Below the pieces are notes generated by a model. It searched no databases. It was not told the DNA's origin and saw nothing but the letters and a program-made list of their open reading frames with translations. DNA of 64,000 bases from an uncultured Acidobacteriota bacterium (GTDB lineage Bacteria; Acidobacteriota; Vicinamibacteria; Vicinamibacterales; 2-12-FULL-66-21): the NCBI GenBank assembly GCA_963697775.1, contig CAVOPH010000003.1:151844-215843 (forward strand), read 5' to 3'. Positions 1-9,865 of this stretch are shown here, piece after piece (position 1 is the stretch's first letter; every line of letters starts with the position of its first letter). The position numbers and the translations under genes were made by a program.

Positions 1-1
1 T

Positions 2-1522
2 GTGTCTGCCGACGACCGAACCGCCGCGCACATTTCGAGCCCGCAATGGCAGAGCTTCGAGATGCGCATGCGCGCGCGTCGCGCCGAGCGGTGCTTGCAG
101 CGTGCTGCCGGCGCGATTGAGAACGGAACCCCCGCGGATGCCCGCGAAGCGCTCGACGAAGTCCGGATTCTGAATCCGGCCGATCCTCGCGTCCCCGACT
201 TGGAGACGCGTCTCGCCGAACTCGATCGTCGGGTCGCCGCTTCGAGCGGGATCGAACTCCGCAGCCCTGAACGTCCTCTTGCGGATGTCTTGACAGCGTC
301 TGCGATCGTTGAGCCCGCGCTTGTCCCTGAACCTGAACTTCCTCTCCTCTTACGCGAGTCGCAACACGCGTCGAACGAACCGGAACTGGTGAGTCCGACG
401 GCATTTGAACCGGTCTTGGATTTCGATCGGATCGGGGCAACACCACTCGAGGGATGGAGCGGCCTGGCGCTCGCACCGCCATCGCGGCAGTGGAGTCGCG
501 TCACCGGCATTCTCGCGTGTAGCGTTCTGGTGTCGGCGCTCATCGGGTGGCAGGCCTGGGCACACAGAGACTTGATTCCAGCGATGCCGAGCGCACAGCC
601 TGACGTCGATGCCCGCACGGGTCTGGCCGCAGGCCCGCCGCGGCTGGCGGGCATCGCGCCGAGTGTTGCGCGCGAGACCACGCCGTCGCCGGAAATCTCA
701 TCGTCGCAGCCGAATCCGCAGTCGGTTGAGCAACCCGTGTCCACATCATCGCCGACCGACGACAATGAAGTCGCTGCCTCCCCGTCCGCTGCCACGGTGA
801 CCGCGAACACTGGTGCTAGCGGTCCAACCGGAACGAAAGGCACGCCCGCGATCATCCCGTCTCAGTCTGCACAGCCGACTGCGCTGGCCGGACGAGAGAC
901 TGCCCCGCCAGCGAACACGGCGAGCCGCATCCCGGCACGGCAACCTGAATCACTGACGGATGCGCCTGCGTCGGAAAACCGTCCGTCAGCCTCTACGACG
1001 GCGCCGGCGTTACCGGTCACCACTCCTCCGCCGCCGATATCGACGCCCCCTGCAGCCGCGGCGCCATCGCCTGCAGCGCGCGAAGAATCGTCCGTCATTG
1101 CTCCAGTGAACACCGTGCCTCCGCGGCCGGAACCCGCGCCGTCGATTCCGTCACCGCCGCCATCTGCCTCGTCCTCGTCGCTCACGTTTGGGGTTCGCGA
1201 TCAAGCGGCAGGAGTCCGGACCGCCCTCAGTCGGTATGAAACCGCCTACAGCAAACTGGACGTCGAGGCGGTTCGCTCGGTATGGCCGTCGCTCGACCAG
1301 CGAGCGCTCACGCGCGCGTTTGAGGGCCTCAGCTCACAGCGTGTGTCGCTCGGAAGCTGCACGGTGGACGTCAACGGAAACGCCGCGCGGGCCGACTGCG
1401 CGGGAACCGCCGCCTGGACACCGAAAGTGGGCGGCGGCGAGCGCACCACGTCTCGCAAGTGGACGTTCGATCTCACCGAATCGGACGGCACCTGGCGCAT
1501 CGTCCGCGCGCAAGCCCGCTGA
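2..1522 (+). CDS. hypothetical membrane-anchored protein with a Pro/Ser/Ala/Thr-rich linker (N-terminus at or beyond the window edge)
   Basis: 506-aa ORF. It has one hydrophobic helix (VTGILACSVLVSALIGWQAWA), a low-complexity P/S/A/T linker of about 230 aa, and a compact C-terminal domain (RTALSRYETAYSKLDVEAV...DGTWRIVRAQAR). No family recognised. Confidence 0.55.
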   Translation: MSADDRTAAHISSPQWQSFEMRMRARRAERCLQRAAGAIENGTPADAREALDEVRILNPADPRVPDLETRLAELDRRVAASSGIELRSPERPLADVLTASAIVEPALVPEPELPLLLRESQHASNEPELVSPTAFEPVLDFDRIGATPLEGWSGLALAPPSRQWSRVTGILACSVLVSALIGWQAWAHRDLIPAMPSAQPDVDARTGLAAGPPRLAGIAPSVARETTPSPEISSSQPNPQSVEQPVSTSSPTDDNEVAASPSAATVTANTGASGPTGTKGTPAIIPSQSAQPTALAGRETAPPANTASRIPARQPESLTDAPASENRPSASTTAPALPVTTPPPPISTPPAAAAPSPAAREESSVIAPVNTVPPRPEPAPSIPSPPPSASSSSLTFGVRDQAAGVRTALSRYETAYSKLDVEAVRSVWPSLDQRALTRAFEGLSSQRVSLGSCTVDVNGNAARADCAGTAAWTPKVGGGERTTSRKWTFDLTESDGTWRIVRAQAR

Positions 1523-1538
1523 CGCCGCAGAAGGAACC

Positions 1539-1720
1539 GGCCACAGGCCACAGAAGAACACGGACAAACAAGCCACAGAAGAACACAGACAGACACTGCT
1601 GGCGAATCTGAGTCCCGTCCCACCTGACACCTGACAGGCCTTCGTTCCTCGACACCCAGTGGCTTGCTCTTCTATAGCTGTGTTCTTCTGTGTTTTTCTG
1701 TGGCGCGTTTGTCTGTGGCC
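1539..1720. repeat. composite inverted repeat filling a convergent intergenic region (CACAGAAGAACACAG-type units)
   Basis: Left arm: ggccacaggccacagaagaacacggacaaacaagccacagaagaacacagaca. Right arm: tgtgttcttctgtgtttttctgtggcgcgtttgtctgtggcc. The arms are imperfect reverse complements with termini GGCCACAG...CTGTGGCC. The element is AT-richer than its flanks and lies between the stop codons at 1522 and 1720. Confidence 0.6.
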
Positions 1721-2892
1721 TAGAAGGCGTACTCGAAGGTCAGCGTCGGCGTCAGTGGCGCCGTGAGTCCGACGTGCGTCAGCGACCAGTTCAAATGCCC
1801 GCCGATGACGACCGTATGGGCGACGTTCCATTTTGCGCCGGCCACGGCGACGGCGAGCGTTTGAGGTCCCAACCCGGGGGCGAGACGGAAGGTGTCAACT
1901 CCCACGAGCGTCGGGTGCGGCGCCGCGACCAGATCGAGCGCATGCAACTCGGTGATCCGTCGCACCAGCGTTTCCCCGGAGAGCGTCACTCGGGGATGGG
2001 GCGCAACCGACACCGCGCCGCCGAAGTCGAGTTCGGACGAGATCCCGCCCGTCAGCATCGACGCGTTCCCATGAAACGACACGGGACCACTCTCGACCGA
2101 ACCGATCCCCATGATGCGGTAAGAGGTCTTACCCGTGCCCAGCAGATTGCTTGCATCACCGGTCGGCAAACGCACCTCGCCGGCCACCGCCACTCCACCC
2201 GATCGGGTCGCGACCAGGTTGACCTTTCCGCGAATCGCGAAATCCGCGAGCCCGCTCGCGGTCGCGTTGCCCGTCGCCTGGATGAGTGTGGCACTACGGT
2301 AGACGTTGACGCGCTGACCCTCGAGGGTGAGTTTCACGAACGGCATCGCCGCACCGATCTCGATCCGACTGCCGATGCCAACGCTGCCAAATACAGTCAT
2401 GGTGCTGCTGCGGATTTTCAGGATCAGCGATTCGGTATCGAAAGGCGCCGGTTCATCGCGGAACTTGTTGGCAATCGTGACGAGAGCGCCGTCTTCCAGG
2501 CTCCGCCCGTCAAGTTGATCGAACGCGGACGTGGTGGTGGACACGCCAAACGACACATGGCCAGAGCCCGGCGTCAAGGCTCGTTCGATGAAGAACGCGC
2601 CAAAGCTGTCGGTCGCGCGCTCAACCGTGCCGAGTTGAGGATTCAGACGATAGAGAAATCCACTCGAGGCCGTCGCGAGCGGAACCGACGTCAGATCGAT
2701 GAGGAGCGCTCGGGTAATTGTCTCTCGCGCCGCTTGTGCCGCCTGCTGATCCTTCTGAAAGTCTGCAGTCGGCACTGCCTGATTCGTCACGAGGAAGCCC
2801 ACCACGTCGTCCACGGTACCCTGCGCGGCCGCAACGCTCGCGAATGACAGATCGAGGGCGACGATGACAGCCAGGGCGAACGCGCGGATCAT
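1720..2892 (-). CDS. outer-membrane beta-barrel protein (family unknown)
   Basis: The ATG at 2892 overlaps the upstream stop codon (ATGA). Signal peptide MIRAFALAVIVALDLSFASVAAAQG. The protein has alternating beta-strand-like sequence and ends in the OMP-type C-terminus TFEYAF. The listed 594-aa ORF extends further upstream only by overlapping the neighbouring gene. Confidence 0.7.
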   Translation of the reverse strand: MIRAFALAVIVALDLSFASVAAAQGTVDDVVGFLVTNQAVPTADFQKDQQAAQAARETITRALLIDLTSVPLATASSGFLYRLNPQLGTVERATDSFGAFFIERALTPGSGHVSFGVSTTTSAFDQLDGRSLEDGALVTIANKFRDEPAPFDTESLILKIRSSTMTVFGSVGIGSRIEIGAAMPFVKLTLEGQRVNVYRSATLIQATGNATASGLADFAIRGKVNLVATRSGGVAVAGEVRLPTGDASNLLGTGKTSYRIMGIGSVESGPVSFHGNASMLTGGISSELDFGGAVSVAPHPRVTLSGETLVRRITELHALDLVAAPHPTLVGVDTFRLAPGLGPQTLAVAVAGAKWNVAHTVVIGGHLNWSLTHVGLTAPLTPTLTFEYAF

Positions 2893-3893
2893 TTCTTTGT
2901 CACGACGTCGGCGCGTACACGCTGATCCGACATCTCCCAGCCTGAAACTGACACTTCGGTTCCCTTGTCGATTCGATCGCACGACGTCCTCCTGAATTCG
3001 GTCGAAGCCGTGGTGTAGATGTCGCGATCCTTCATCTGGAATGCGATGCTCGGACAACGGCCGGAGATGGCTCCGGCCTTCCCCGAGAGTTCGATTTGCC
3101 TGACCGGTACGGGCGCCGCCGGCGGAGCCGGCGCCGGAGTTGGCGGCGCCGGTGGCGCCGGCGGTGACGGAGCCGGCGGCGCTGGCGCTGGCGGTGACGG
3201 AGCCGGCGGCGCTGGCGCTGGCGGAGTTGGCGTGGGTGCCGGTGGCGGAGCTGACGCGGCACTCTGCGTCGCCGTCACGGTTGAGCCAGCAACTGCCACT
3301 GAAAGCGCGCGCGCTGGACCAGCGTTTGCCGAAACGACGATCCGCAGCGTCGCGTCTCCGCGTCCCGTCTCTGACGAAACCGTCGCCCACGCCACGTCGC
3401 TCTTCGCCGACCACGAGCATGCAGAGTGCGCGTGAACGGTGATCGTCAACTCTCCACCTGCGGATTGAACCGTGTTCGCGCTTTGCGTCACCTCGTACCG
3501 GCATGGCGCGGCTTCCTGCGCGACCGTGACCTGATGGTCGCTGACCATAAGCACGCCGTCACGGTTCACTGGATCCGCATTCGCCGACACACGGAATCCA
3601 ACGGTCCCATCGCCTTGTCCGTTTGCCGCGGACGTGATGGCAATCCATGAGGACTGCGATGTCGCGTTCCAGGTGCAGTCCCGATCCACCGTCACGGAAA
3701 CGCTGCCGACGCCGCCGTTCGAGGCAAACCTCGGAGCCGACGAGGAAACATTCGCCTGACATCGGGCTGGAGTGGTGGTGGAGGGCGCAGCGACGCTGGT
3801 TGATGTCGAACTGCCGCAGCCGAGCATTGACGCGCCGGCGGCAATAAGCGCCAGGGCAAAAGTAACAGGTCGGGGAGCCGCGGCCTTGTTCAC
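2889..3893 (-). CDS. lipoprotein with three BACON/Ig-like repeats, a PAPAPP linker and a small C-terminal beta domain
   Basis: GTG start at 3893 gives VNKAAAPRPVTFALALIAAGASMLGC, a lipobox signal. Three repeats of about 75 aa follow (C.W.A.S...W..V/I......G.G..T..V.V.AN). Then comes a (PAPxPP)n tract and the C-terminal segment VRQIELSGKAG...VVTKK. Confidence 0.65.
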   Translation of the reverse strand: MNKAAAPRPVTFALALIAAGASMLGCGSSTSTSVAAPSTTTPARCQANVSSSAPRFASNGGVGSVSVTVDRDCTWNATSQSSWIAITSAANGQGDGTVGFRVSANADPVNRDGVLMVSDHQVTVAQEAAPCRYEVTQSANTVQSAGGELTITVHAHSACSWSAKSDVAWATVSSETGRGDATLRIVVSANAGPARALSVAVAGSTVTATQSAASAPPPAPTPTPPAPAPPAPSPPAPAPPAPSPPAPPAPPTPAPAPPAAPVPVRQIELSGKAGAISGRCPSIAFQMKDRDIYTTASTEFRRTSCDRIDKGTEVSVSGWEMSDQRVRADVVTKK

Positions 3894-4005
3894 GCCAGGT
3901 GTTCGCGGCAGAGCTACAAGGAACACGCCTCTTCCGTCTTGCAGGAAAGTCGCCACTTTCGCGATCCGCGTCGTGCTATAATCAAGGCACTCCAGCGGAA
4001 CAAGT

Positions 4006-5061
4006 TTGATTAGGTCAATTCTCTCCGGCCGGTTCGGCCGGAGTTTGTATCCCCTTCTCTTCCTCTTATTGGTCGGCGGCGCCTCACCTGCGTGTGTCGC
4101 CAGCACCTCTATCGTCTCTCGCACCACAGCCGAGCTTCTCGTTGCGCCAGAGCCGTCGGTCGCGTGGTTCGGTCCCGACGATCGCGGAGACAGCGTTTCG
4201 CTCACCCGTTGGCGGGGCAGCGTCGGGCCGCCGGTGACGCCGACAACCGAGTTCAATGCCCGGCCTCACGACGCGATCACCATCGTGAGCTGGAACACCG
4301 CCGTGGGCGAAGCGGATGTCGTTGGGTTCGTTCGAAGCCTGCCGGTTACAGATCGCCCCCTCGTGCTTTTGCTTCAGGAGGTCTATCGCGGAGGATCGGC
4401 CGTGCCGGGCCGGCTGGATCACGACGCCGCTTTTGCCGGTCGTCTGGGCGGCGACACCGGCGACGATCCTGGCTCGCGTCAGATTGAGGCGATCGGCCGC
4501 CAGCTCGGCCTGGCAGTGTATTACGTGCCGTCGATGCGCAACGGCGGTTCCACGTCGGACGAGGACCGCGGCAACGCGATCCTGTCGAGCCTTCCCCTCA
4601 CGGATTTGCAGGCGATGGAACTGCCCTTCGAACGACAGCGCCGCGTCGCGATCGCTGCAACCCTGACGGGACAGGCTTCGAATGGTGAGCCCTGGCGCAT
4701 CCGAGTCGTGTCCGCACATCTCGACAACATGGCGGGCATCAAACGCGGCTGGATTGGCGCCGAATACGGGCGCGCCAGGCAGGCTCGCAGCCTCGCGTCG
4801 CTGCTCAAAGACGACGAACCAACGATTCTCGCGGGCGACTTCAATACCTGGTTCGGGTTCTGCGATCAGGCCTACGTCGAAACCGCGCGAGCGTTTCCGG
4901 AAACGCGGGTCACGGATCGCCGTCCCACTTTCCGCGGTCTACTCCGCCTCGATCACGTCTTCTATCGACTGGCCCCCGGTTGGCGGGTCGAATTCCGGCG
5001 CGCGTCATCTCGATATGGCTCAGATCACTATCCGCTCGTCGGCTTGCTCAGCTTCCATTGA
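4006..5061 (+). CDS. endonuclease/exonuclease/phosphatase (EEP) family protein, secreted or lipoprotein
   Basis: EEP motifs are present: ITIVSWNT, LLLQEV, VVSAHLDN, LAGDFNTW and GSDHYPLVGLL. There is a hydrophobic N-terminal signal ending SPAC. Confidence 0.8.
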   Translation: MIRSILSGRFGRSLYPLLFLLLVGGASPACVASTSIVSRTTAELLVAPEPSVAWFGPDDRGDSVSLTRWRGSVGPPVTPTTEFNARPHDAITIVSWNTAVGEADVVGFVRSLPVTDRPLVLLLQEVYRGGSAVPGRLDHDAAFAGRLGGDTGDDPGSRQIEAIGRQLGLAVYYVPSMRNGGSTSDEDRGNAILSSLPLTDLQAMELPFERQRRVAIAATLTGQASNGEPWRIRVVSAHLDNMAGIKRGWIGAEYGRARQARSLASLLKDDEPTILAGDFNTWFGFCDQAYVETARAFPETRVTDRRPTFRGLLRLDHVFYRLAPGWRVEFRRASSRYGSDHYPLVGLLSFH

Positions 5062-5079
5062 TATAATCGCTGTCTTTCC

Positions 5080-8000
5080 ATGACCTTTGCCGAGGGGGCA
5101 CGTGTCGGCCCGTACGAGATCGTCAGCCAGCTCGGTGTCGGCGGCATGGGAGAGGTCTATCGCGCCCAGGACTCTCGTCTCGGACGCGACATCGCACTGA
5201 AAGTCATCCGGCGCGTACTCGTCGCCGATCAGAACTCGCAGGACGACGCCCTCGAGCGACTTCTGCGAGAAGCGACGCTTGCCTCGGCGCTCAACCATCC
5301 AAACATCGTGACGATCTACGAGACCGGCGTCGTCGGAAACGATCGCTACATCGCGATGGAACTGGTCGAAGGCCGAACGCTGCGTGAACTCGCCAGCGAG
5401 GATCTTCCGCTCGAGCGGTCGATGGGCATCGCGCGGCAGATCGCCGAGGCGCTGGCCGTCGCGCACGGGGCGCAAATCGTTCACCGCGACATCAAGCCCG
5501 ACAACGTCATGGTACGGCCCGATGGCTACATCAAGCTGCTCGACTTCGGCCTCGCGCGGCTGCACCACGCCGCCATCACCGCCGGCTCGACGGGGATGGG
5601 GACCGAACCGGGATTCATCATCGGGACCGTCGGCTACATGTCGCCCGAGCAGGCGCGTGGCGAGACGGTCGGCCCTGAGTCCGACGTCTTTGCGTTCGGG
5701 ACGATGCTCTACGAGATGACGACAGGACGGCATCCATTCATGGCGGCCTCGCAGCTCGGCACGCTGCACGCGCTCATGTGGGAAACGCCGGAGCCACCGT
5801 CACTCGTCAACCCGGAAGTTCCGAGGGCGCTCGATCAGCTGATCTGCGAAACGCTGCAGAAAGACTCCCGCCTGCGACCCGGCGCCGGGGAAGTGCTCTA
5901 TCGATTGGGGCTGACGCATGACGCCTCCATCGCCACGGCATTGTCCGCGGTCACGGTCGCACACCGGACGCAGCGATCCGCGCGCGCGGTAGTCGGCCGC
6001 GATCTGGAAATGGACGCGTTGCTCCACGAGTTCGAGCGTGCCGAACGGGGCCAGGGGCGAATGGTGCTGCTGTCGGCGGAAGCTGGCCTCGGGAAAACAA
6101 CGATGCTCGATGCGTTCATCAAGCTGCTCGAGGATCGCGGCGAAGTGGTGCGGGTCGGGCGAGGTCGCTGCTCGGAACGGCTGGCAGGAGCGGAGGCGTA
6201 TCTCCCCGTCCTCGAAGTGCTCGACAGCCTCCAGCACAGCGAAAAACACGGCAGCCTCTCGCGGCTGCTGCGCGCGCTCGCACCCAGCTGGTACGTGCAG
6301 ATTACGCCGCTTCCGGAGAACGACTCATCGGCCGCGCGTCTGGCCGCCGACGTGGCGATCGGCTCGCAGGAGCGTCTCAAACGGGAAATCGGCGCGCTGC
6401 TCGAGGAGATCACGCGCATCCATCCGGTCGTGCTGTGTTTTGACGACGTGCACTGGGCGGACCCCTCGACGACCGATCTCATCGGATATCTTGCGCGGCG
6501 AATCGACACGATGCGGCTGCTGATCATCGCCACGTGCCGGCCGTCCGAGCTCGCGCAGACAAAGCACTCGTTCCTGCCGCTCAAGCTCGACCTCGTTTCG
6601 CGCGGCGCCTGCCGGGAAATCTCGCCCGGATATTTCGACGAGGCCGCGATCAATCGCTATCTCGCGCTGCAGTTCGCGGATCATACGTTCCCGCGCGGAT
6701 TCGCCGGCCTCATCCAACAGCGCACCGAAGGCCACCCGCTCTTCGTCGTCGATCTGCTGCGCGACCTCCGCCGGCGGCAGGTGCTCAAGCAGCAGGATGG
6801 CACGTGGATCGTCAGCGAGGATCTGTCGTCGTTGAGCCGGGAACTGCCGGAGTCGGTTCGAAGTCTCGTGCAGCGCAAGATCGATGCGCTCGACGATAAC
6901 GATCGACGCCTGCTCGGTACGGCAGCCGTCCAGGGCGTCGACTTCGATACGGCGCTCTTGTCGGCGGTGCTCGAGCGGACCGAAGAGGATATCGAGGACG
7001 CGCTCGAACGGCTCGAACGCGAGCACGCGCTGGTGCGTTTCGTTGACGAGCACGAGACCGACAACCGTCAGCTGACGCTGCGCTACCGGTTCGCGCATCA
7101 CATCTATCACAACGCCTTCGATGCGTCGCTGCGCGCGACCCGGCGGGCCGTGCTCAGCCGCGCAATTGCGCAGCAACTCATCGCCCGGCTCGGCGGACAA
7201 CCGTGCGCGTGCGCCGCCCAAGTCGCCCTGCTGTTCGAATCGGCGCGCGACAATGTTCGCGCCGCCGAGTACTGGAATCAGGCCGCGCAGGCGGCGGCCC
7301 GGCTCTACGCGCACGACGAAACCGAGCGCCTGGCGCGCCGCGGCCTCACGCTGCTTGAAAGCGAGCCCGATTCGCCCTCGAAGGCGGCCGCCGAACTCGG
7401 TCTTCAGATGACCTACGGCTTGTGCATCAAGACCAGCCGCGGCTACGCCGTCGCCGAGGTGGGTCAGGCCTACGCGCGTGCCCGCGAGCTGTGCCACCAG
7501 ATCGACGATCCGGCACGAGTCGTCCCCGTGCTGATCGGGATGTCGGCGCATCACGTCGTCGCGGGCGAAATCACGACGGCCCGCGACGTCGCACTGGAGA
7601 TGCTCGACTTGTTCAATCGCCTGGGCGATGCGAACCTGCAGATGATTGGCCAGTGGTCGCTGGGCGCGGCTCTCTTCCACCTCGGCGAGCTCGAGGTCGG
7701 GCATGAACATCTGGCGCGCGCGCTCGAATTGTATCAATCCGTCGTTTCACAAGCCCCGGGTCTGGGAAACGGGAATCGATCCAGGCATCTTCTGTCGTTG
7801 CGAGCTGGCACGCACGCTGACGATGAGAGGGTTTCCGGATCAGGGACTGCAGTACGTGCGGACCGCCGTCAGCGAGGCGAGGGCGCTGGAACATCCGCAG
7901 CCGCTCGCGTTTGCGCTGCTGTTCAGCACGATCATCCATCTCGCCCGCCGCGAGCCGGCGGAAGTCTGTCGCGTGTTCGACGAGCTGGCCGGGCTTTGCC

Positions 8001-8539
8001 GCGCGCACGGTATTGCGCAGGAGCTGCAGTGGGGCGCGCCGCTTCGCGGCCGTGCCCTCATCGAGCTCGGACAGATCGAGCAGGGCATGGAGGAACTGAA
8101 GGCGGGCCTCGCCAATCACACCGTCACCCGCTCGGGCCTCCTGCGTCCCTACTACCTGGTTCTGCTTGCCGGCGGCTTGCTGCGCGCAAACCAGCTGGAG
8201 GAGGCGCTCGCGGCGATCAAGGAGTCCCGCGCATTTGCGGACCGGTCCAGCCAGCATTCGTACGACGCGGAGAACCGTCGTCTCCTGGCAGAAATCCTGC
8301 TGGCAATGGGCGACCACGAGGGCACCGAACGCGCTTATCTCGAGTCATTGGAGATCGCACGCACGCAGGGAGGCCAGTGGTACACGCTTCGGTCATCACG
8401 CGGCTACGCGAGCTTCCTGATCAGGGTCGGCCGCACCGACGAAGCGCGCAAGATCCTCGCGCCCGTTTGCGACTCCGTCGTCGAAGGACGCGACACCTAC
8501 GACTTCGTCTCCGCCGACGCGTTGCTGAAGACCATCTGA
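5080..8539 (+). CDS. Ser/Thr protein kinase fused to an AAA/STAND ATPase and TPR-like repeats; reading frame interrupted near 7725-7745
   Basis: Kinase motifs: GVGGMGEVYRA, HRDIKPDN, DFGLA and MSPEQ. P-loop: SAEAGLGKTT. The C-terminal helical repeats continue in frame 2 (ORF 7646..8539: PSFHKPRVWETGIDPGIFC...ALLKTI). The frame-1 ORF becomes Arg/Pro-rich nonsense after ARALELYQS. Confidence 0.8.
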
Positions 8540-8540
8540 C

Positions 8541-8589
8541 GCGATTCGCGATTCGCAATTCGCAATTCGCAATTCGCGGTTCGCGGTTC
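8541..8589 (+). repeat. heptamer tandem repeat (GCGATTC)2(GCAATTC)3(GCGGTTC)2
   Basis: Seven contiguous 7-nt units start 2 nt after the kinase stop codon (TGA at 8537-8539). Confidence 0.9.
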
Positions 8590-8611
8590 GCCCGCCTTCG
8601 GCTAGGCCGGC

Positions 8612-9791
8612 TTATTTCAGCTGAATGCTTCGCATCTCGCCTGCCTGCAGGTCGAGGGTACCGGACCCCGACTTTGGGACTCGGCTTATAAGCGTCGTCG
8701 AGCGACAGCACGCGGCCGATCTCGACGCGACACCGGCCTGGATTGGACTTCGACGGATAACAGACGAAGCCGATGTCGGTAGCCCGGCGCGAGCCGGGGA
8801 TCGCGATGCGGACCCATCCGTTCCGATCCACCGCGAGGTCCTTGACACCGCGGTCCGACGACCGCCATGTTCCGTCTTCTCCTCGCGCGATCGCGGCGAC
8901 CGCGGCGTCGGTCAGCGTCAGCTTCGCATCGACGTACAGGTACTCACGGACATCGCCGTAAACAGCCGTCTTCCCTTCTTCCTGCAGCTCGTCGGCCATT
9001 CGGCGGTAGACCCAGGGAGCGCCGTCCATGACGGACTCGCGCGTGGCCGACTCCAGGTTGACGGCCGTCGGCACCATCGTCACGCGCACGGCGGTGCGGC
9101 CGCGATCGAGAAACACGTTGTTCAGCGTGGCATCGACCAGAACCGGGTGGTCGTTCTGCCTTGTGCCTGCGTATTCGAGCACGTGATGATCGGGCGCCTG
9201 GTACCGCGCCGCCACCATGCGTCCACCTTTCCACTCTTCTTCGTACGCCATCTCGATGTCGGTCGTGCGCCCCCACCGTGCGAGCAGCGCTGGCGTGGCC
9301 GTGCCGCCGTCCTCGTTCGAGAAGATGAAGCTGTATCGAAGCACGCCGGTCCCGTCCACCCGCAGGTCCTCGGCATAGAGCACCAGCGGGAGGTCCGTCG
9401 AGGTCCCGATCGTATCGGCCCGCAGCCACAGCGCTGGCGCATGGGAGACGACGACTGACTCAGACGCCACCGATGCGGTGAGCGCCGGCGCAGCCGCTCC
9501 CGCCGGCCAGGTCCAGTAGGGTGATGGCTGTGCGCCGATCTCGTGACGGCCTGCGGGCAGCGTGTGCAAGAGCGCGGTGTACGGCGGATGCCCGATCTTG
9601 CCGAAGACGAGCACGGTCGCCTTCACTTCGCCGTCGACGGTGAGGTCGAGCGCCGTCACCGCAGGAAGGCCGGAATCGCTGATCGTGAGAGTCACGACCG
9701 CATCGCCTGCCTTCGGCATCACGATCGAGGTCGAGGCGACGGCGGGCGGGGTTGTTGGGAACAACGCCAGCGCGAGCAGCATGTGCACCAT
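8612..9791 (-). CDS. hypothetical secreted protein; 3' end probably frameshifted near 8660-8690
   Basis: N-terminal signal MVHMLLALALFPTTPPAVAS. The sequence is globular over about 370 aa. The listed ORF (to 8421) then reads through the heptamer repeat and the kinase 3' end as Arg-rich sequence. An adjacent frame instead gives ...SGSGTLDLQAGEMRSIQLK and stops at 8612. Confidence 0.5.
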
Positions 9792-9816
9792 GCGCTCATG
9801 CTACTGCACTGCCTGT

Positions 9817-9865
9817 ACTTTTGACTTTTGACTTTTGACTTTTAACTTTTAACTTTTAACTTTCA
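9817..9865 (-). repeat. heptamer tandem repeat; read on the minus strand (TGAAAGT)(TAAAAGT)3(CAAAAGT)3
   Basis: On the plus strand there are seven contiguous units: ACTTTTG x3, ACTTTTA x3 and ACTTTCA. The array includes the pruA stop codon (9863-9865) and runs toward the next minus-strand start at 9791. Confidence 0.9.

Noticed and set aside
1720-3504. The 594-aa ORF treated as a single gene.
   Set aside because: Only the C-terminal 390 aa, from the ATG at 2892, look like a protein (signal peptide plus beta-barrel). The upstream 200 aa overlap the BACON-repeat lipoprotein gene in another frame and read as repeat-derived low complexity.
8421-8611. Extension of the 8421..9791 ORF through the heptamer repeat and into the kinase 3' end.
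   Set aside because: The translated tail (RIANCELRIANR...RRRRSRRCR) is repeat-derived and Arg-rich, and it overlaps the convergent gene by 118 nt. An adjacent frame gives a plausible C-terminus that stops at 8612.
7740-8691. The tail of the 1203-aa frame-1 ORF of the kinase gene, and likewise the 760-aa ORF 33104..35386 treated as one protein.
   Set aside because: Both are chimeras created by frame disruptions. The conserved sequence continues in a neighbouring frame, while the listed frame degenerates into Arg/Pro/Gly-rich nonsense.
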